This document shows, one piece after another, positions 19,713-30,156 of a DNA stretch of 64,000 nt (position 1 is the stretch's first letter; every line of letters begins with the position of its first letter). Under the pieces are notes generated by a model. It was given only the letters and a program-made list of their open reading frames with translations. It was not told where the DNA came from and ran no database searches. The DNA is taken from NCBI GenBank assembly GCA_958295765.1, contig CATQHB010000002.1:2032091-2096090 (forward strand), read 5' to 3'. The position numbers and the translations under genes were made by a program. This stretch comes from an uncultured Dehalococcoidia bacterium (GTDB taxonomy: Bacteria > Chloroflexota > Dehalococcoidia > Lucifugimonadales > UBA3495).

Positions 19713-20642
19713 CTACCCCCCACCCACCACGTAGGCCCCTTGACTGGTTGGCCGGGTAACTTCCAGGCGGCCGGGGACTCCGGTAAGCCGGGCGGCCTCA
19801 AACATTTCATAGGCTACCGTCATTTCCCGGCCCTCGGTCAGGGCCAGCACCGTAGAGCCACTGCCCGACACGAACACGCCCAGGGCGCCGGCCGCCCGCG
19901 CCGCCGCGAAAATCGTTTTGACCGCCGGAAACAGGGGCTGGCGGTAGGGTTGGTGCAGCTTGTCCTGAGTCGCCACCTCCAGATACTCCGGGCGGTTAAA
20001 GCCCATTCCCGCCACCAGCAAAGCCACCCGGCCCATATTGAACACCGCATCGGCCACGCTTACCTGACGGGGCAAAACCGCCCGCGCGTCGGCGGTGGCG
20101 ATGCGGGTCTCCGGTATGAACAACACGGTATGCAATTCCGGGGGCGCCGGTATCGGCGCCGTGTATAGCTGGGGGCCATCGGACACCACCAACTGGAGGC
20201 CCCCCAGGACGGCGGCGGCCACGTTGTCCGGGTGCCCCTCAATAGTCGCCGCCATTTCCAGCAGTTCGTTGGGGGAAAAGAGGCCGCCGCACCGGGCGTT
20301 GGCCGCCACCAGCCCGCCGGCAATGGCGGCGGCGCTGCTGCCCAAGCCCCGGCTCAAGGGTATGGCATTATGGCAGCGCAGCCTGAGCGGAGGCATTTCC
20401 AGGGCGGCCTCGGTGTAAAGGAACTGCATCGCCCGGTAGGTCAGGTTGCCGGAGTCGGTAGCCAATTCCCCGGCTCCCTCACCAAAAACCTCTACGGACG
20501 GGGCATCTCCGGCGCCCGGCTCTGCCGGCAGCACTTCCAGCCGGTTCCACAAATCCAGCGCCATACCCAGGCAGTCAAACCCCGGCCCCAGGTTGGCGGT
20601 AGTGGCCGGCGCCATCACCTCTATTGGCTGAAAGTCGGTCAT
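19713..20642 (-). CDS. thrB: Homoserine kinase
   Basis: ANLGPGFDCLG and GLGSSAAA GHMP-kinase motifs. Confidence 0.9.
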   Translation of the reverse strand: MTDFQPIEVMAPATTANLGPGFDCLGMALDLWNRLEVLPAEPGAGDAPSVEVFGEGAGELATDSGNLTYRAMQFLYTEAALEMPPLRLRCHNAIPLSRGLGSSAAAIAGGLVAANARCGGLFSPNELLEMAATIEGHPDNVAAAVLGGLQLVVSDGPQLYTAPIPAPPELHTVLFIPETRIATADARAVLPRQVSVADAVFNMGRVALLVAGMGFNRPEYLEVATQDKLHQPYRQPLFPAVKTIFAAARAAGALGVFVSGSGSTVLALTEGREMTVAYEMFEAARLTGVPGRLEVTRPTSQGAYVVGGG

Positions 20643-20700
20643 AACTGAACCGTAAGAACCCCGTTAAACCTTAATAAGCTGCGCGGCCTGACCGCCGGAA

Positions 20701-20729
20701 AGTATAGCAACGGGTGGATACACTGGCAA
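20701..20729 (-). promoter_or_regulatory. Candidate sigma70-type promoter for thrB
   Basis: On the minus strand: TTGCCA, 17 nt, TATACT. About 55 nt upstream of the thrB ATG. Confidence 0.4.
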
Positions 20730-20965
20730 TATAACCAGATTCACCACCGGGACGATTGCAAAGGCGTGGAAGTTGACTATTACCGCTCATCCTGAGCTTG
20801 TCGAAGGATGGGGCGCCGATGGTTCGACAGGCTCACCATGAGCGGTTACAGGCTCACCATGAGCGGTTATTGTTGTTGGCGTTGACTTGACGCCGGCACC
20901 GGAAATTTCACCGGGTATTTCCAACATTCGTTGGTATTTCTTGCCGGGCCAGGCTGCGTTGGCCG

Positions 20966-21082
20966 GTAGGGGCGGGTTTGTAACCCGCCCTGGCTCAGGT
21001 GTCGGAGTATGCCAACTACGCCCACCCGTTTTCCGATATTCCCTGCCGTTGAACGACGGGCGGGTTACAAACCCACACCTAC
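20966..21082. repeat. Family B repeat, inverted pair
   Basis: GTAGGGGCGGGTTTGTAACCCGCCCTGG and GGGCGGGTTACAAACCCACACCTAC. Confidence 0.85.
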
Positions 21083-21164
21083 GCCGATGATACCACCAAC
21101 AGACATTGAGAATATCTAATTATCCTGAAAATCAACCGGCGCTACCTGGCAATCATCCCAAAGT

Positions 21165-22577
21165 TCAGACCGGGTTTGCCTGGGGCGCCGGGATGTGCAA
21201 CTGTTCCAGTTGGTCAAAGGCGGTGGGGTGGTGTCCGTTAGTCCCGTTTGCGCCATTAACGCCGTTGGCCCCGTTTGCGCCGTTGGTGTAGCGGGGGGGC
21301 AGTTGGGCCAGGCCGGCGCGGGCCGCCCGCAGGTAGTCCAGGGCCAGCCGGGGCAGCAGGAACTGTTGGCGTACCCGCTCCCGGGCCGCCTGGCCGATAC
21401 TTTCCCGCAAATCCGGGTTTTGCAACAACTCCACGATGCGCCGGCCACATTCCTCCGGGGAATCCACCAGGTAACCGTTCACCCCGTCCTCAATCTGCGA
21501 CCGGATGCCGCCGACGTTGCCGCCGATTACGGCCCGGCCTTTCCACATCGCCTCGGCAACGGTCAGGCCAAAGCCCTCCCTGGTGGACTTCTGCATCACT
21601 ACCAAGGAGGCCGTCTGAAAGGCGTTGACAATCCGGTCAATGGAATCGGGCAAATCCACCGGGTAGAAATAGGTGTGAATGTCCGGGTCGCCGGCGGCGT
21701 GTTCCCGGACGCTGTTCAGCACGTCCAGGGCCTCCGGGTCATCGGCGGCCTGGCTCAACCCCAGCAGGGCCAACTGCAAGCCGGGCGCTGACCGGCGCGC
21801 CTGGCGGTAGGCGTCAATCACCCCCCAGGGGTCTTTCCAGTAGTCAAACCGGGATACCTGGGTAATCAGGGGCCGCGCCGGGTCAATGCCCATAGCGGCG
21901 ACTATCTGCTGCGCCTCCACCCGGCTGAGGGGCGTATTCTTGGCGGTCAAGGGGTCAATGGAGGGCGGCACAATGGAAACCGGCGGGTGCCCATTCAACC
22001 CCGGCGGCACAAAATCGGGCAGGGAGAACACCAGGCCGTCATAGTGGCCGGTCAGCGGCGCCAGTGCATCCAAAACCTGCGGGTTGGGCGCGGTCAAGTC
22101 AATATGGCAAACCCAATACCGCAGTTCCGCAACCTGCTTGGGCAGCAGGGACGCCAACGGCAGCAACTGGGGGTCATGCAAAAACCACACGTCGGCGGCC
22201 AACGCCCGCTCCTGAATATCCTCGGCCACCTCTCCGATACACCGGAAATAGACCTCTAACTCCTCTGGCGACAGAGAACCCTCGGCCCCCTGGAGCAGGT
22301 TGTGAATCCGCTTGGTAATCTGGAAAAACCGGGGTTCCGTCGGGCTGACTACCACCCGTTCCGTTGCCACGCCCAGGGAGTTCATCAGCGGAACCAGGGA
22401 CTGGAGAATTTCGGCGACGCCACCCCCGGCGGCGGTGCTGTTGGCGTGGACAAAGCGCCGGCCTTTCAGCTCCTGGGCTAAAGTGGTCAGTTCGTGGAGC
22501 AGTTCCGGGGGGAGTAAGGAGGCGTAGCGGTCCAGGGCCATTTCCGGGTAGTTGATTCTCAGCAGCATTGAAGTCAT
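21165..22577 (-). CDS. Family-4 glycosyltransferase, trehalose-synthase (TreT)-like
   Basis: 470 aa. GT-B fold pattern (HANSTAAGGGVAEIL, EGFGLTVAEAMWKG). The C-terminal NGANGANGVNGANGTNG tail is encoded by short tandem repeats. Confidence 0.7.
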   Translation of the reverse strand: MTSMLLRINYPEMALDRYASLLPPELLHELTTLAQELKGRRFVHANSTAAGGGVAEILQSLVPLMNSLGVATERVVVSPTEPRFFQITKRIHNLLQGAEGSLSPEELEVYFRCIGEVAEDIQERALAADVWFLHDPQLLPLASLLPKQVAELRYWVCHIDLTAPNPQVLDALAPLTGHYDGLVFSLPDFVPPGLNGHPPVSIVPPSIDPLTAKNTPLSRVEAQQIVAAMGIDPARPLITQVSRFDYWKDPWGVIDAYRQARRSAPGLQLALLGLSQAADDPEALDVLNSVREHAAGDPDIHTYFYPVDLPDSIDRIVNAFQTASLVVMQKSTREGFGLTVAEAMWKGRAVIGGNVGGIRSQIEDGVNGYLVDSPEECGRRIVELLQNPDLRESIGQAARERVRQQFLLPRLALDYLRAARAGLAQLPPRYTNGANGANGVNGANGTNGHHPTAFDQLEQLHIPAPQANPV

Positions 22578-22748
22578 TTACCTGCCCTTAGGGTCAAGGA
22601 TTGGGGTGGTTTTATTCGTAGGAACCGGGGGGATACAAATAGGCATTATTCCACTACTACGGCGCAATCCGCAACCCTTTTGCCGCCGAATATCCAGGGG
22701 ATTCGTGAATATCAAAGGGATTGTTGAAAGCCCGGCAATTCGGGCCGC

Positions 22749-24623
22749 TCATTCTACGGTTACCGTTTTCGCCAGGTTGCGCGGCTGGTCCACGTCATAC
22801 CCTTTAAGCAGCGCGATATAGTAGGCCAGCAGTTGCAGCGGGATGGTCGCCAGCATCGGCGTCAGGTGTTCGGGGGCCGGGGGCAGGTACAACGCCTCAT
22901 CCACCTGGTCGGACAGTTCGGCGTCCCCTTCGGTCAGCACCGCCAGCACCACCCCTTCCCGGGCCTTAACTTCCCGGATGTTGCCGGCCATTTTGTCGTA
23001 CAGGCCGTCCCGGGGCGCCAGGGCCAGGGTCGCCATATTCCGGTCAATCAGGGCAATGGGGCCGTGTTTCATTTCGCCAGCCGGGTAGCCTTCGGCGTGG
23101 ATGTAGCTGATTTCCTTGAGTTTCAGCGCGCCTTCCTGGGCAATCGCCGCGTTGATGCCCCGGCCCAGGTAAAGGAAACCGCCGTAGCCGTTGAATTTGC
23201 GGGCCAGCCGCCGGTACTCGGAAAGGTCGGCCAGCATCTCCCCAATCAGCCGGGGCGCGCGGGCCAGGTCGGTTACCAGCCGCCGGGTATCCTCCGACGA
23301 CAGATGCGCGCGGGCTTGACCCAGGTAAATCGCCAGCAGGTGCAGGATGGTCAGGGAGGCAATAAAGGTCTTGGTGCTGGCTACGCCGATTTCCAGGCCG
23401 GAACCCATATACAGGGCGCCTTCGGCCAGCCGCGCCGCCTGGCTGCCTTCAATGTTGGACAGGGTAATCAGGCGCGCCCCCTGCCGCCGGGCCTCCTCCA
23501 TTGCCGCCAGGGTGTCCGCCGTTTCCCCCGACTGGCTGATGGATACCACCAGGGTATTGCGGTTCAGCAGGGGTTCCCGGTAGCGGAACTCGGACGCGCT
23601 CTCAATCTCGGCGGGCAGCCCGGCAAACTGTTCAATCCAGTGGCGGCCCACCTGGGCGGCGTTCAGACTGGTGCCGCAGCCTATCAGCGCCACCCGTTGC
23701 AGCGATTGGATTTCCGTTGCGTCCAGGGGGAAGTCGGGCAGTTCCACCCGGCCGGCCTCGAAGTTGACCCGTCCCCGCAGGGCGCCGGCCACCACCTGCG
23801 GCTGTTCCATTACTTCCTTGAGCATAAAGTGGCGGTAGCCGCCCTTATCCACCAGGGCATCCTCCGGGGCGACGCTGTGCAGTTCCTTGTCCAGGCTCGT
23901 TCCTTCTACGTCGGAAAAGGCGACGCCCTCCCGGGTAACCACCGCCATCTCCCCGGCATCCAGAAAGGCCACCGGCCAGGCAAACGGGCCGGAGGTTCCC
24001 GGCCCGGGGCGCAGGATGGGCAGGGCGGCCGGCAAGTCGCTGCCCACAATGCCCTGGCCGTCCCGGTGGGCAATGACAATGCCCCCGGCGTGGCCCAACC
24101 GCAGCGCGCACACCTTGTCCGGCTCCCCCTGGTAGATGGCGGCAACGGCTTGAGAGCCTTCCAGCAGCTTTCCCAGGCGGCGAAAGGCGGCGACAAAATC
24201 CAGCCCCTGGTGCATACCCTCCTCAATCAGGTGGGCGATGACTTCGGTATCCGTTTCCGAGGAAAAGGCGTGGCCTTGAGACAGCAGGCCCAGCTTTAAC
24301 TCCAGAAAGTTCTCGACGATGCCGTTATGCACCACGGCCACCTGCCGGCTGCACTCGGTAAGGGGATGGGCGTTAGCGTCGGAGGGCGGCCCGTGGGTAG
24401 CCCAGCGGGTATGCCCCAGGCCCACGGTGCCTTTGGGGGAATCGGCCTCCAGCCGGGTCAGCCCATTAACCTTGCCCACCGTCTTGCGGAGACGCAGCCG
24501 CCCGGAGGCGCCCAGCACCGCAATGCCGGCGCTGTCATAGCCCCGGTATTCCAGCCGCTGCAAGCCCTCCAGAATAATGGGCCAGGCCGCCTGGCTGCCA
24601 ACATATCCTACGATGCCGCACAC
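22749..24623 (-). CDS. glmS: Glutamine--fructose-6-phosphate aminotransferase
   Basis: MCGIVGY N-terminal nucleophile, two SIS domains, and a C-terminal NLAKTVTVE. GTG start 5 nt after GGAGG. Confidence 0.95.
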   Translation of the reverse strand: MCGIVGYVGSQAAWPIILEGLQRLEYRGYDSAGIAVLGASGRLRLRKTVGKVNGLTRLEADSPKGTVGLGHTRWATHGPPSDANAHPLTECSRQVAVVHNGIVENFLELKLGLLSQGHAFSSETDTEVIAHLIEEGMHQGLDFVAAFRRLGKLLEGSQAVAAIYQGEPDKVCALRLGHAGGIVIAHRDGQGIVGSDLPAALPILRPGPGTSGPFAWPVAFLDAGEMAVVTREGVAFSDVEGTSLDKELHSVAPEDALVDKGGYRHFMLKEVMEQPQVVAGALRGRVNFEAGRVELPDFPLDATEIQSLQRVALIGCGTSLNAAQVGRHWIEQFAGLPAEIESASEFRYREPLLNRNTLVVSISQSGETADTLAAMEEARRQGARLITLSNIEGSQAARLAEGALYMGSGLEIGVASTKTFIASLTILHLLAIYLGQARAHLSSEDTRRLVTDLARAPRLIGEMLADLSEYRRLARKFNGYGGFLYLGRGINAAIAQEGALKLKEISYIHAEGYPAGEMKHGPIALIDRNMATLALAPRDGLYDKMAGNIREVKAREGVVLAVLTEGDAELSDQVDEALYLPPAPEHLTPMLATIPLQLLAYYIALLKGYDVDQPRNLAKTVTVE

Positions 24624-24810
24624 AACGCCTCCGGGTAAATCCCCTCACCCCGGCCTTGCCGCGCCGGGATAAGCGGGGCCGGTAAAGGGTGAAACCTGCT
24701 TGAAAACAACAATTGGCCCAGGGGCGGCGCAAGTCTGCGCCGGGAACAGAATCCGATCACCGAACCAAACCCGCTCATGGTGAGCTTGTCGAACCACCCT
24801 ACCCTATCCC

Positions 24811-24838
24811 GTAGGGGCGTTTCGCGAAACGCCCCTAC
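24811..24838. repeat. Family F perfect 28-bp palindrome
   Basis: GTAGGGGCGTTTCGCGAAACGCCCCTAC, flanked by family A arms (24773-24960). Confidence 0.9.
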
Positions 24839-24955
24839 GTGGCACACTCCCCCATCCAACGGTTCATCCTTCGACCGGCTCAGGGTGAACGGGGATAGGC
24901 GTAACAAAACCCGCTCATGGTGAGCTTGTCGAACCACCCGCCCCTATCCGACAGT

Positions 24956-25969
24956 TCACCCTTCAACCGGTTCAGGGTGAACAGTACGAGGGGCCGGGGC
25001 GGGGCGGTTCACTATCTCCATTATAACCCGGGCCAGGGACTTGGCGTCGTGCCGCAGATAGACCCCGGCGGCCAGCACCGGGCGGGCAACTATCTCCTTC
25101 ACCACCTGGTCGCACTCCTCCCGGTCCAACTCCACCGGGTACTGCTGGTCGGCGGCGTAACGCTGCAACAGACGCGGGGGAAAGGGGCTGTCGTTGAATA
25201 CCAGGTAATCCAGCGGCCGGTCGGTGCCCAGGTAGTCCATCAGGGCCTTGACAAAGGTGGACGCCTTGAACCGGTCCGACTCCCCGGGCTTGGTCATCAG
25301 GTTGCAGATGTGAATTTTTACGGCGGGGGAAGCGTTTATCGTCTCCGCCACGTTCTCCACCAACAGGTTGGGCAGGACGCTGGTGTAGATGTCGCCGGGG
25401 CCGAGGATGATGGCGTCGGCCTGCTCAATGGCGTCCAGCACCGGCGGATAAACGTAGGCTTTGGGGTCGAGCCGAATATAGTCAATGCCGACGTCCAGGT
25501 TGACCCGCCGCTGGTCGATGACCGACTCGCCGGCCAGTTCCTCGCCGTTCTCCAGCCGGGCCACCAGGGTGGAGTGCGTCAGGGTAACCGGCAGCACCTG
25601 GCCCATAACCCCCAACAATTGAGAGGCTTCCTCAATGGCGGTAATCGTGTTGCCGGTAACTTCGGTAAGGACGGTGAGGAGCAGGTTGCCAAAGCTGTGT
25701 CCGCTGAGGCCGTTGCCGGAACTGAAGCGGTAGTCAAAGAGGCGGCGCATCAGGTTGCCCTGGGGGGTTTCGGCGGCCAGGGCCATCAGGCATTGGCGGA
25801 TGTCCCCCGGCGGCAGTTGCCCCAACTCATCCCGCAGCCGCCCGGAACTGCCCCCGCTGTCGGTCATCGCCACCACCGCCGCCAAGCTGCAATCCTCATC
25901 CCGCAGCCCGGTAAGGGTGGTATGACTGCCGGTGCCGCCGCCGACCACCAGAACTTTTTTCCTGCTCAT
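24956..25969 (-). CDS. YvcK / CofD-family (UPF0052) gluconeogenesis-factor-like protein
   Basis: VLVVGGGTGS and MTDSGGSSGRLRDE motifs. The last ~10 codons (TVHPEPVEG) are encoded by a repeat arm. Confidence 0.8.
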   Translation of the reverse strand: MSRKKVLVVGGGTGSHTTLTGLRDEDCSLAAVVAMTDSGGSSGRLRDELGQLPPGDIRQCLMALAAETPQGNLMRRLFDYRFSSGNGLSGHSFGNLLLTVLTEVTGNTITAIEEASQLLGVMGQVLPVTLTHSTLVARLENGEELAGESVIDQRRVNLDVGIDYIRLDPKAYVYPPVLDAIEQADAIILGPGDIYTSVLPNLLVENVAETINASPAVKIHICNLMTKPGESDRFKASTFVKALMDYLGTDRPLDYLVFNDSPFPPRLLQRYAADQQYPVELDREECDQVVKEIVARPVLAAGVYLRHDAKSLARVIMEIVNRPAPAPRTVHPEPVEG

Positions 25970-26051
25970 TTACCCTTGACCGGCCCGGGCCGCCCACCAA
26001 AAGCCGGCGGCCCTTTGTCCTTCAGCGAGGCTTTGGCTAATAGTTTTGGCT

Positions 26052-26081
26052 AGTATATGAACACCCTTTCCGCAATGTCAA
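26052..26081 (-). promoter_or_regulatory. Sigma70-type promoter for the yvcK-like gene
   Basis: On the minus strand: TTGACA, 18 nt, TATACT. The spacer is nearly identical to that of the promoter at 13891. Confidence 0.45.
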
Positions 26082-26145
26082 GGCGCCGGGCGGCGGGGTA
26101 TTCTCAACAGGAGTTGGTGTTCTGGCCCGAATACTCCGGCGGCCG

Positions 26146-26415
26146 GTAGGGGCGGGTTTATAACCCGCCCTGGCGACAGGGATTTTAGACCCTTCACTCC
26201 GTTCAGGGTGACATTGGTAAAAAGGCGCGCCCAAGGTTGTGTCAACAATCCCCAAGGCAATCGCAGCATAAACCCGTCGTTCCGGCGAAAGCCGGAATCC
26301 CGAACCCTCGGTAGCCGGCTCGTTCTTTTCCCGTAGGATTTCCTGGATTCCGGCTTTCGCCGGAACGACGGTTGACGGCGCCGGAACGACGGTTGACGGC
26401 GCCGGAACGACGGTT
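26146..26415. repeat. Composite repeat patch (families B, D and C, with a tandemly triplicated C tail)
   Basis: GTAGGGGCGGGTTTATAACCCGCCCTGG, then GATTTTAGACCCTTCACTCCGTTCAGGGTGACATT, then a family C inverted pair. It ends with CGCCGGAACGACGGTTGA repeated three times. Confidence 0.9.
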
Positions 26416-26567
26416 GTTTGGGGATTGCTTGGGTTGCCCCGGTTAAAACGTAATTGCCCTGACCAAACCCCAATCCGGGTTGAGCGCCGCCGCCGATAAA
26501 GGTACAATGGAGACCGCATCAGGGGCAGCGACACCAGAGGCAGCACACATCCGAAAAGAGGCGGCAA

Positions 26568-28238
26568 ATGTCCGGCAGCGCATCAAACAATCGGGAAGAC
26601 TGGCGGGAGAATACCCTGGAACCGGTCATCCGGCGGTTCCCGGAACGCCGGGAGCGGTTCCAGACCGACAGCGGCCTGACCATTGACCCGCTCTACGCCC
26701 CGGATGACGCCGCCGGCGATAGCGACGAATCCGGCCGGGGTATCGGCTATCCCGGAGAATTCCCTTACACCCGGGGCGTGCAGCCCAATATGTACCGGGG
26801 CCGTATCTGGACCATGCGCCAGTATTCCGGCTATGCCACCGCCGCCGACACCAACCGCCGCTTTCGCTACTTGCTGGAACAGGGCCAGACCGGGCTTTCG
26901 GTGGCCTTTGACCTGCCCACCCAGATTGGCTATGACTCCGACGCCCCCCAATCCCTGGGCGAGGTGGGCAAGGTGGGGGTGCCGATTTGCAGCCTAGAGG
27001 ATATGGAAACCCTCTTCGACGGCATCCCCCTGGACCGGGTCAGCACGTCAATGACCATCAACGCCACCGCCTCCATCCTGCTGTGCCTCTACATCGCCGC
27101 CGCCAAAGGGCAGGGGGTCGGCCCGGAAAAGCTGAACGGCACTCTCCAGAATGACATCCTGAAGGAATACATCGCCCGGGGAACCTATGCCTACCCGCCC
27201 CGGCCCTCGATGCGGCTGGTGGTGGACGTATTCAAGTATTGCGCCGAGCACATCCCCCGCTGGAACACCATCAGCATCAGCGGCTACCATATCCGGGAGG
27301 CCGGGGCCACCGCCGTCCAGGAGTTGGCCTTTACCTTTGCCAACGCCATCGCCTACGTGCAGGCCGCCGTGGACGCCGGGCTGCCGGTGGACGACTTTGC
27401 GCCCCGCCTGTCCTTTTTCTTTGTGGCCCAGAACAACCTGCTGGAGGAGGTCGCCAAGTACCGGGCCGCCCGGCGGATGTGGGCCAGAATTATGCGGGAG
27501 CGGTTCGGCGCCCAAGACCCTCGCTCCCTGATGCTGCGCTTTCACACCCAGACCGCCGGGGTAACCCTGACCGCCCAGCAGCCGGACAACAACCTGATTC
27601 GCAGCACGGTGCAGGCCCTGGCGGCCATCCTGGGCGGCACCCAATCCCTGCACGTCAATTCCCGGGACGAGGCCCTGGGCCTGCCCACCGAGGAATCGGC
27701 CCAGCTTTCCCTCCGCACCCAGCAGATAATCGCCCACGAAAGCGGCGTCGCCGACGTAGTTGACCCCCTGGGTGGTTCCTGGTACATCGAAAGCCTGACC
27801 GACCAGTTGGAGCAGGCGGCGCTGGACTACATTGACCGCATTGAACGGCAGGGCGGCGCGGTGGCCGCCATTGAGCAGGGCTTTCAGGCGTTGGAAATCG
27901 GCGAGTCGGCCTACCGCCACCAGCAGGAGGTGGACAGCGGCGACCGGGCCATTGTCGGGGTGAACCGCTACGTCAGCGACACGCCGCCGGTCGGCAACCT
28001 GCTGCGGGTGAACCCGGAGGTAGCCCAGCAGCAGGCGCAACGGCTGCAACGGCTACGCCGGGCGCGGGACAACGCCGCCGTCCGAGCGTCCCTGGCCCGG
28101 CTGGAAGAGGCGGCCCGCAGCACGGACAACACCCTGCCCCCTACCCTGGAGTGCGTAGAAAACTACTGCACCCTGGGCGAAATTTGCCAGGTATTCCGCC
28201 AGGTGTTCGGCGAACAGCAGGGGGAGTTGGCGTTTTGA
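26568..28238 (+). CDS. Methylmalonyl-CoA mutase-family large (catalytic) subunit, without a B12-binding domain
   Basis: [29 protein letters not shown] and [11 protein letters not shown] motifs of acyl-CoA mutase TIM-barrel domains. Confidence 0.9.
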   Translation: MSGSASNNREDWRENTLEPVIRRFPERRERFQTDSGLTIDPLYAPDDAAGDSDESGRGIGYPGEFPYTRGVQPNMYRGRIWTMRQYSGYATAADTNRRFRYLLEQGQTGLSVAFDLPTQIGYDSDAPQSLGEVGKVGVPICSLEDMETLFDGIPLDRVSTSMTINATASILLCLYIAAAKGQGVGPEKLNGTLQNDILKEYIARGTYAYPPRPSMRLVVDVFKYCAEHIPRWNTISISGYHIREAGATAVQELAFTFANAIAYVQAAVDAGLPVDDFAPRLSFFFVAQNNLLEEVAKYRAARRMWARIMRERFGAQDPRSLMLRFHTQTAGVTLTAQQPDNNLIRSTVQALAAILGGTQSLHVNSRDEALGLPTEESAQLSLRTQQIIAHESGVADVVDPLGGSWYIESLTDQLEQAALDYIDRIERQGGAVAAIEQGFQALEIGESAYRHQQEVDSGDRAIVGVNRYVSDTPPVGNLLRVNPEVAQQQAQRLQRLRRARDNAAVRASLARLEEAARSTDNTLPPTLECVENYCTLGEICQVFRQVFGEQQGELAF

Positions 28239-28321
28239 TTTTTTTATAAACGCCGATGGCCTGGATTATCCCGAATAAATAATAGTCAGGGCGCGTTCCT
28301 ACAACCGTTATCATCCCTTAC

Positions 28322-28417
28322 AATGTCACCCTGAACGATAGTAGGGGTCTAAAAATCTGGCGATAAGAACCGTTCTGGACAGGGAATTTTTAGATTCCTC
28401 CCTGCGGTCGGAATGAC
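28322..28417. repeat. Family D repeat, inverted pair
   Basis: AATGTCACCCTGAACGATAGTAGGGGTCTAAAAATC ... TTTTTAGATTCCTCCCTGCGGTCGGAATGAC. Confidence 0.85.
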
Positions 28418-28491
28418 AGTGGTGGCCCCTGGTGGCACTGGCGGTTAAATCATTGGCGGTTAAAGGTTAAATCAAGATAGGGAGTAACGCT

Positions 28492-29646
28492 ATGCCGGAC
28501 CCGATGCTTAACGAAGAAGAACGGATGCTGCAAAACCTGGTTCGCGACTTTGCCGACCGGGAAATGGCGCCCCGCGCCCGGGAGGTGGATGAGAAGGAGG
28601 AGTTTGACCAGCAGAACTGGCAGGGTATGGCCCGGCTGGGAATTACCGGCATCAGCATCGCCCCCCAATACGGGGGCAGCGGCGGCGGCTACCGCCAGTT
28701 AGCCATTGCCGCCGAGGAAATCGCCCGGGGCGATGCCGCCGCCAGTACCGGCCTGATTGCCCACCTGTCCCTGGGCACCACCACCATCTACCGCTTCGGG
28801 AACGAAGAGCAGAAACAGCGGTTTATCCCCTCCCTGGCCTCAGGCCGGGGGGTAGCAGCCTGGGCCTTGACCGAACCCGGCGGCGGTTCCGACGCGGCAG
28901 CCCTGCAAACCTCGGCAGTGCAGCGGGACGGCACCTGGTTCCTCAACGGCAGCAAAATGTTCATCACCAACGCCGACGTCGCCGAGTCGATGGTGGTGTT
29001 CGCCACCCAGGACCGGGAGCAAGGCTACAAGGGCATCAGCGCCTTTGTCGTCCCCCGGGGCGCGCCGGGTATGCAGGTCAACCCGATGCACGGCAAGATG
29101 GGGATGCGGGCCTCCAGCACCAGCGAAGTGGTGTTCCAGGATACGCCGGTGCCGGCCGAAAACCTGCTGGGCGAAGAAGGCCGGGGTTTCCGCTACGCTA
29201 TGGAAGTCCTGGACTCCAGCCGGATAACTATCGCCGCCCAGTGCGTCGGCATCGGCCAGGCCGCCCTGGAAGAGGCGGTGCGTTACGCCCAGCAGCGGGA
29301 ATCCTTTGGCCGGCCCATCGCCCAGCACCAGGCCATCCAGTTTATGCTGGCCGATATGGCGGCAGCGGTTCACGCCGCCCGCACCACCACGATGCAGGCC
29401 GCCACCCTGAAGGATGAGGGCCGGCCCTTCATCAACGAGGCGTCCATCGCCAAACTCATCGCCTCGGAGATGTGCGTCAACGTTACCTCTCAAGCGGTGC
29501 AGGTTCACGGCGGCTACGGCTATTTCAAGGATGCCCCGGTGGAACGGCTGTTCCGGGACGCTAGGGTAACTACCATTTACGAAGGCACCTCCCAAGTCCA
29601 GCGGCTGCTCATCGCCCGGCAAACCCTGGCCCAATATCCGGTTTAA
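28492..29646 (+). CDS. Acyl-CoA dehydrogenase
   Basis: 384 aa with typical ACAD pattern (LTEPGGGSD, YEGTSQVQRLLIAR). Confidence 0.9.
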   Translation: MPDPMLNEEERMLQNLVRDFADREMAPRAREVDEKEEFDQQNWQGMARLGITGISIAPQYGGSGGGYRQLAIAAEEIARGDAAASTGLIAHLSLGTTTIYRFGNEEQKQRFIPSLASGRGVAAWALTEPGGGSDAAALQTSAVQRDGTWFLNGSKMFITNADVAESMVVFATQDREQGYKGISAFVVPRGAPGMQVNPMHGKMGMRASSTSEVVFQDTPVPAENLLGEEGRGFRYAMEVLDSSRITIAAQCVGIGQAALEEAVRYAQQRESFGRPIAQHQAIQFMLADMAAAVHAARTTTMQAATLKDEGRPFINEASIAKLIASEMCVNVTSQAVQVHGGYGYFKDAPVERLFRDARVTTIYEGTSQVQRLLIARQTLAQYPV

Positions 29647-29730
29647 GCCAGCAATTGCACTTGGGGCATTTTCACCCGGAGACACCGGGGCCGCAGGGAA
29701 AAGAAACCTTGTCAGGAGAGAAGGATAACC

Positions 29731-30156
29731 TTGAACGCCACGCCAATCTGCGCCGTTGACTACATCGACCACGTAGGGATTGCGGTAAGGGACATTGAGG
29801 CCGCCTTGAAACTGTTCAGCGAGGTGTTCGGCGCGCCCCGGCCTGAGGTGCGGGAACTGGCCGACCAGGGCATCCGGGGCGCGCTGATTCAGGTGGGCCA
29901 GACCCGGCTGGAAGTGATGGAGCCAACGGCGGCGGATACTACGATCGGCCGCTTTATCGAGCGGCGGGGCGAGGGCCTGCACCACCTGGCCTTTTACGTT
30001 ACCGACCTGCCCGGCAAGCTGCAAATCGTGGACGGGCTGGGCCTGGAGTTAATCGACCGGGAACCTCGAGAAGGGCTGTCCGGCGACATCGCCTTTATTC
30101 ACCCCCGCTCGGTGTTCGGCATCCTTACTGAACTGGTGGAAAGGCCGGCCGGGTAA
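29731..30156 (+). CDS. mce: Methylmalonyl-CoA epimerase (VOC family)
   Basis: IDHVGIAVRDIEAAL and GEGLHHLAFYV motifs. TTG start. Context with the mutase gene. Confidence 0.75.
   Translation: MNATPICAVDYIDHVGIAVRDIEAALKLFSEVFGAPRPEVRELADQGIRGALIQVGQTRLEVMEPTAADTTIGRFIERRGEGLHHLAFYVTDLPGKLQIVDGLGLELIDREPREGLSGDIAFIHPRSVFGILTELVERPAG

Noticed and set aside
24624-24760. glmS ribozyme upstream of glmS
   Set aside because: The ~130-nt leader contains short hairpins (GGCGCAGACTTGCGCC). I could not recognise the conserved glmS ribozyme core, and most of the upstream space is family A/F repeat. A covariance-model scan (Rfam RF00234) would be decisive.
26037-26567. ORFs encoded entirely by repeats (e.g. 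26037-26567, 1851-2138, 8636-8872, 30125-30518, 38853-39089, 61555-61770, 63759-63995)
   Set aside because: Their peptides (MVSLSNHP, PAKAGIQE, SFRRKPESR, GRGGFITRPG, VIPSVAEESK) are simply translations of the palindromic repeat families. They recur in every frame and orientation.
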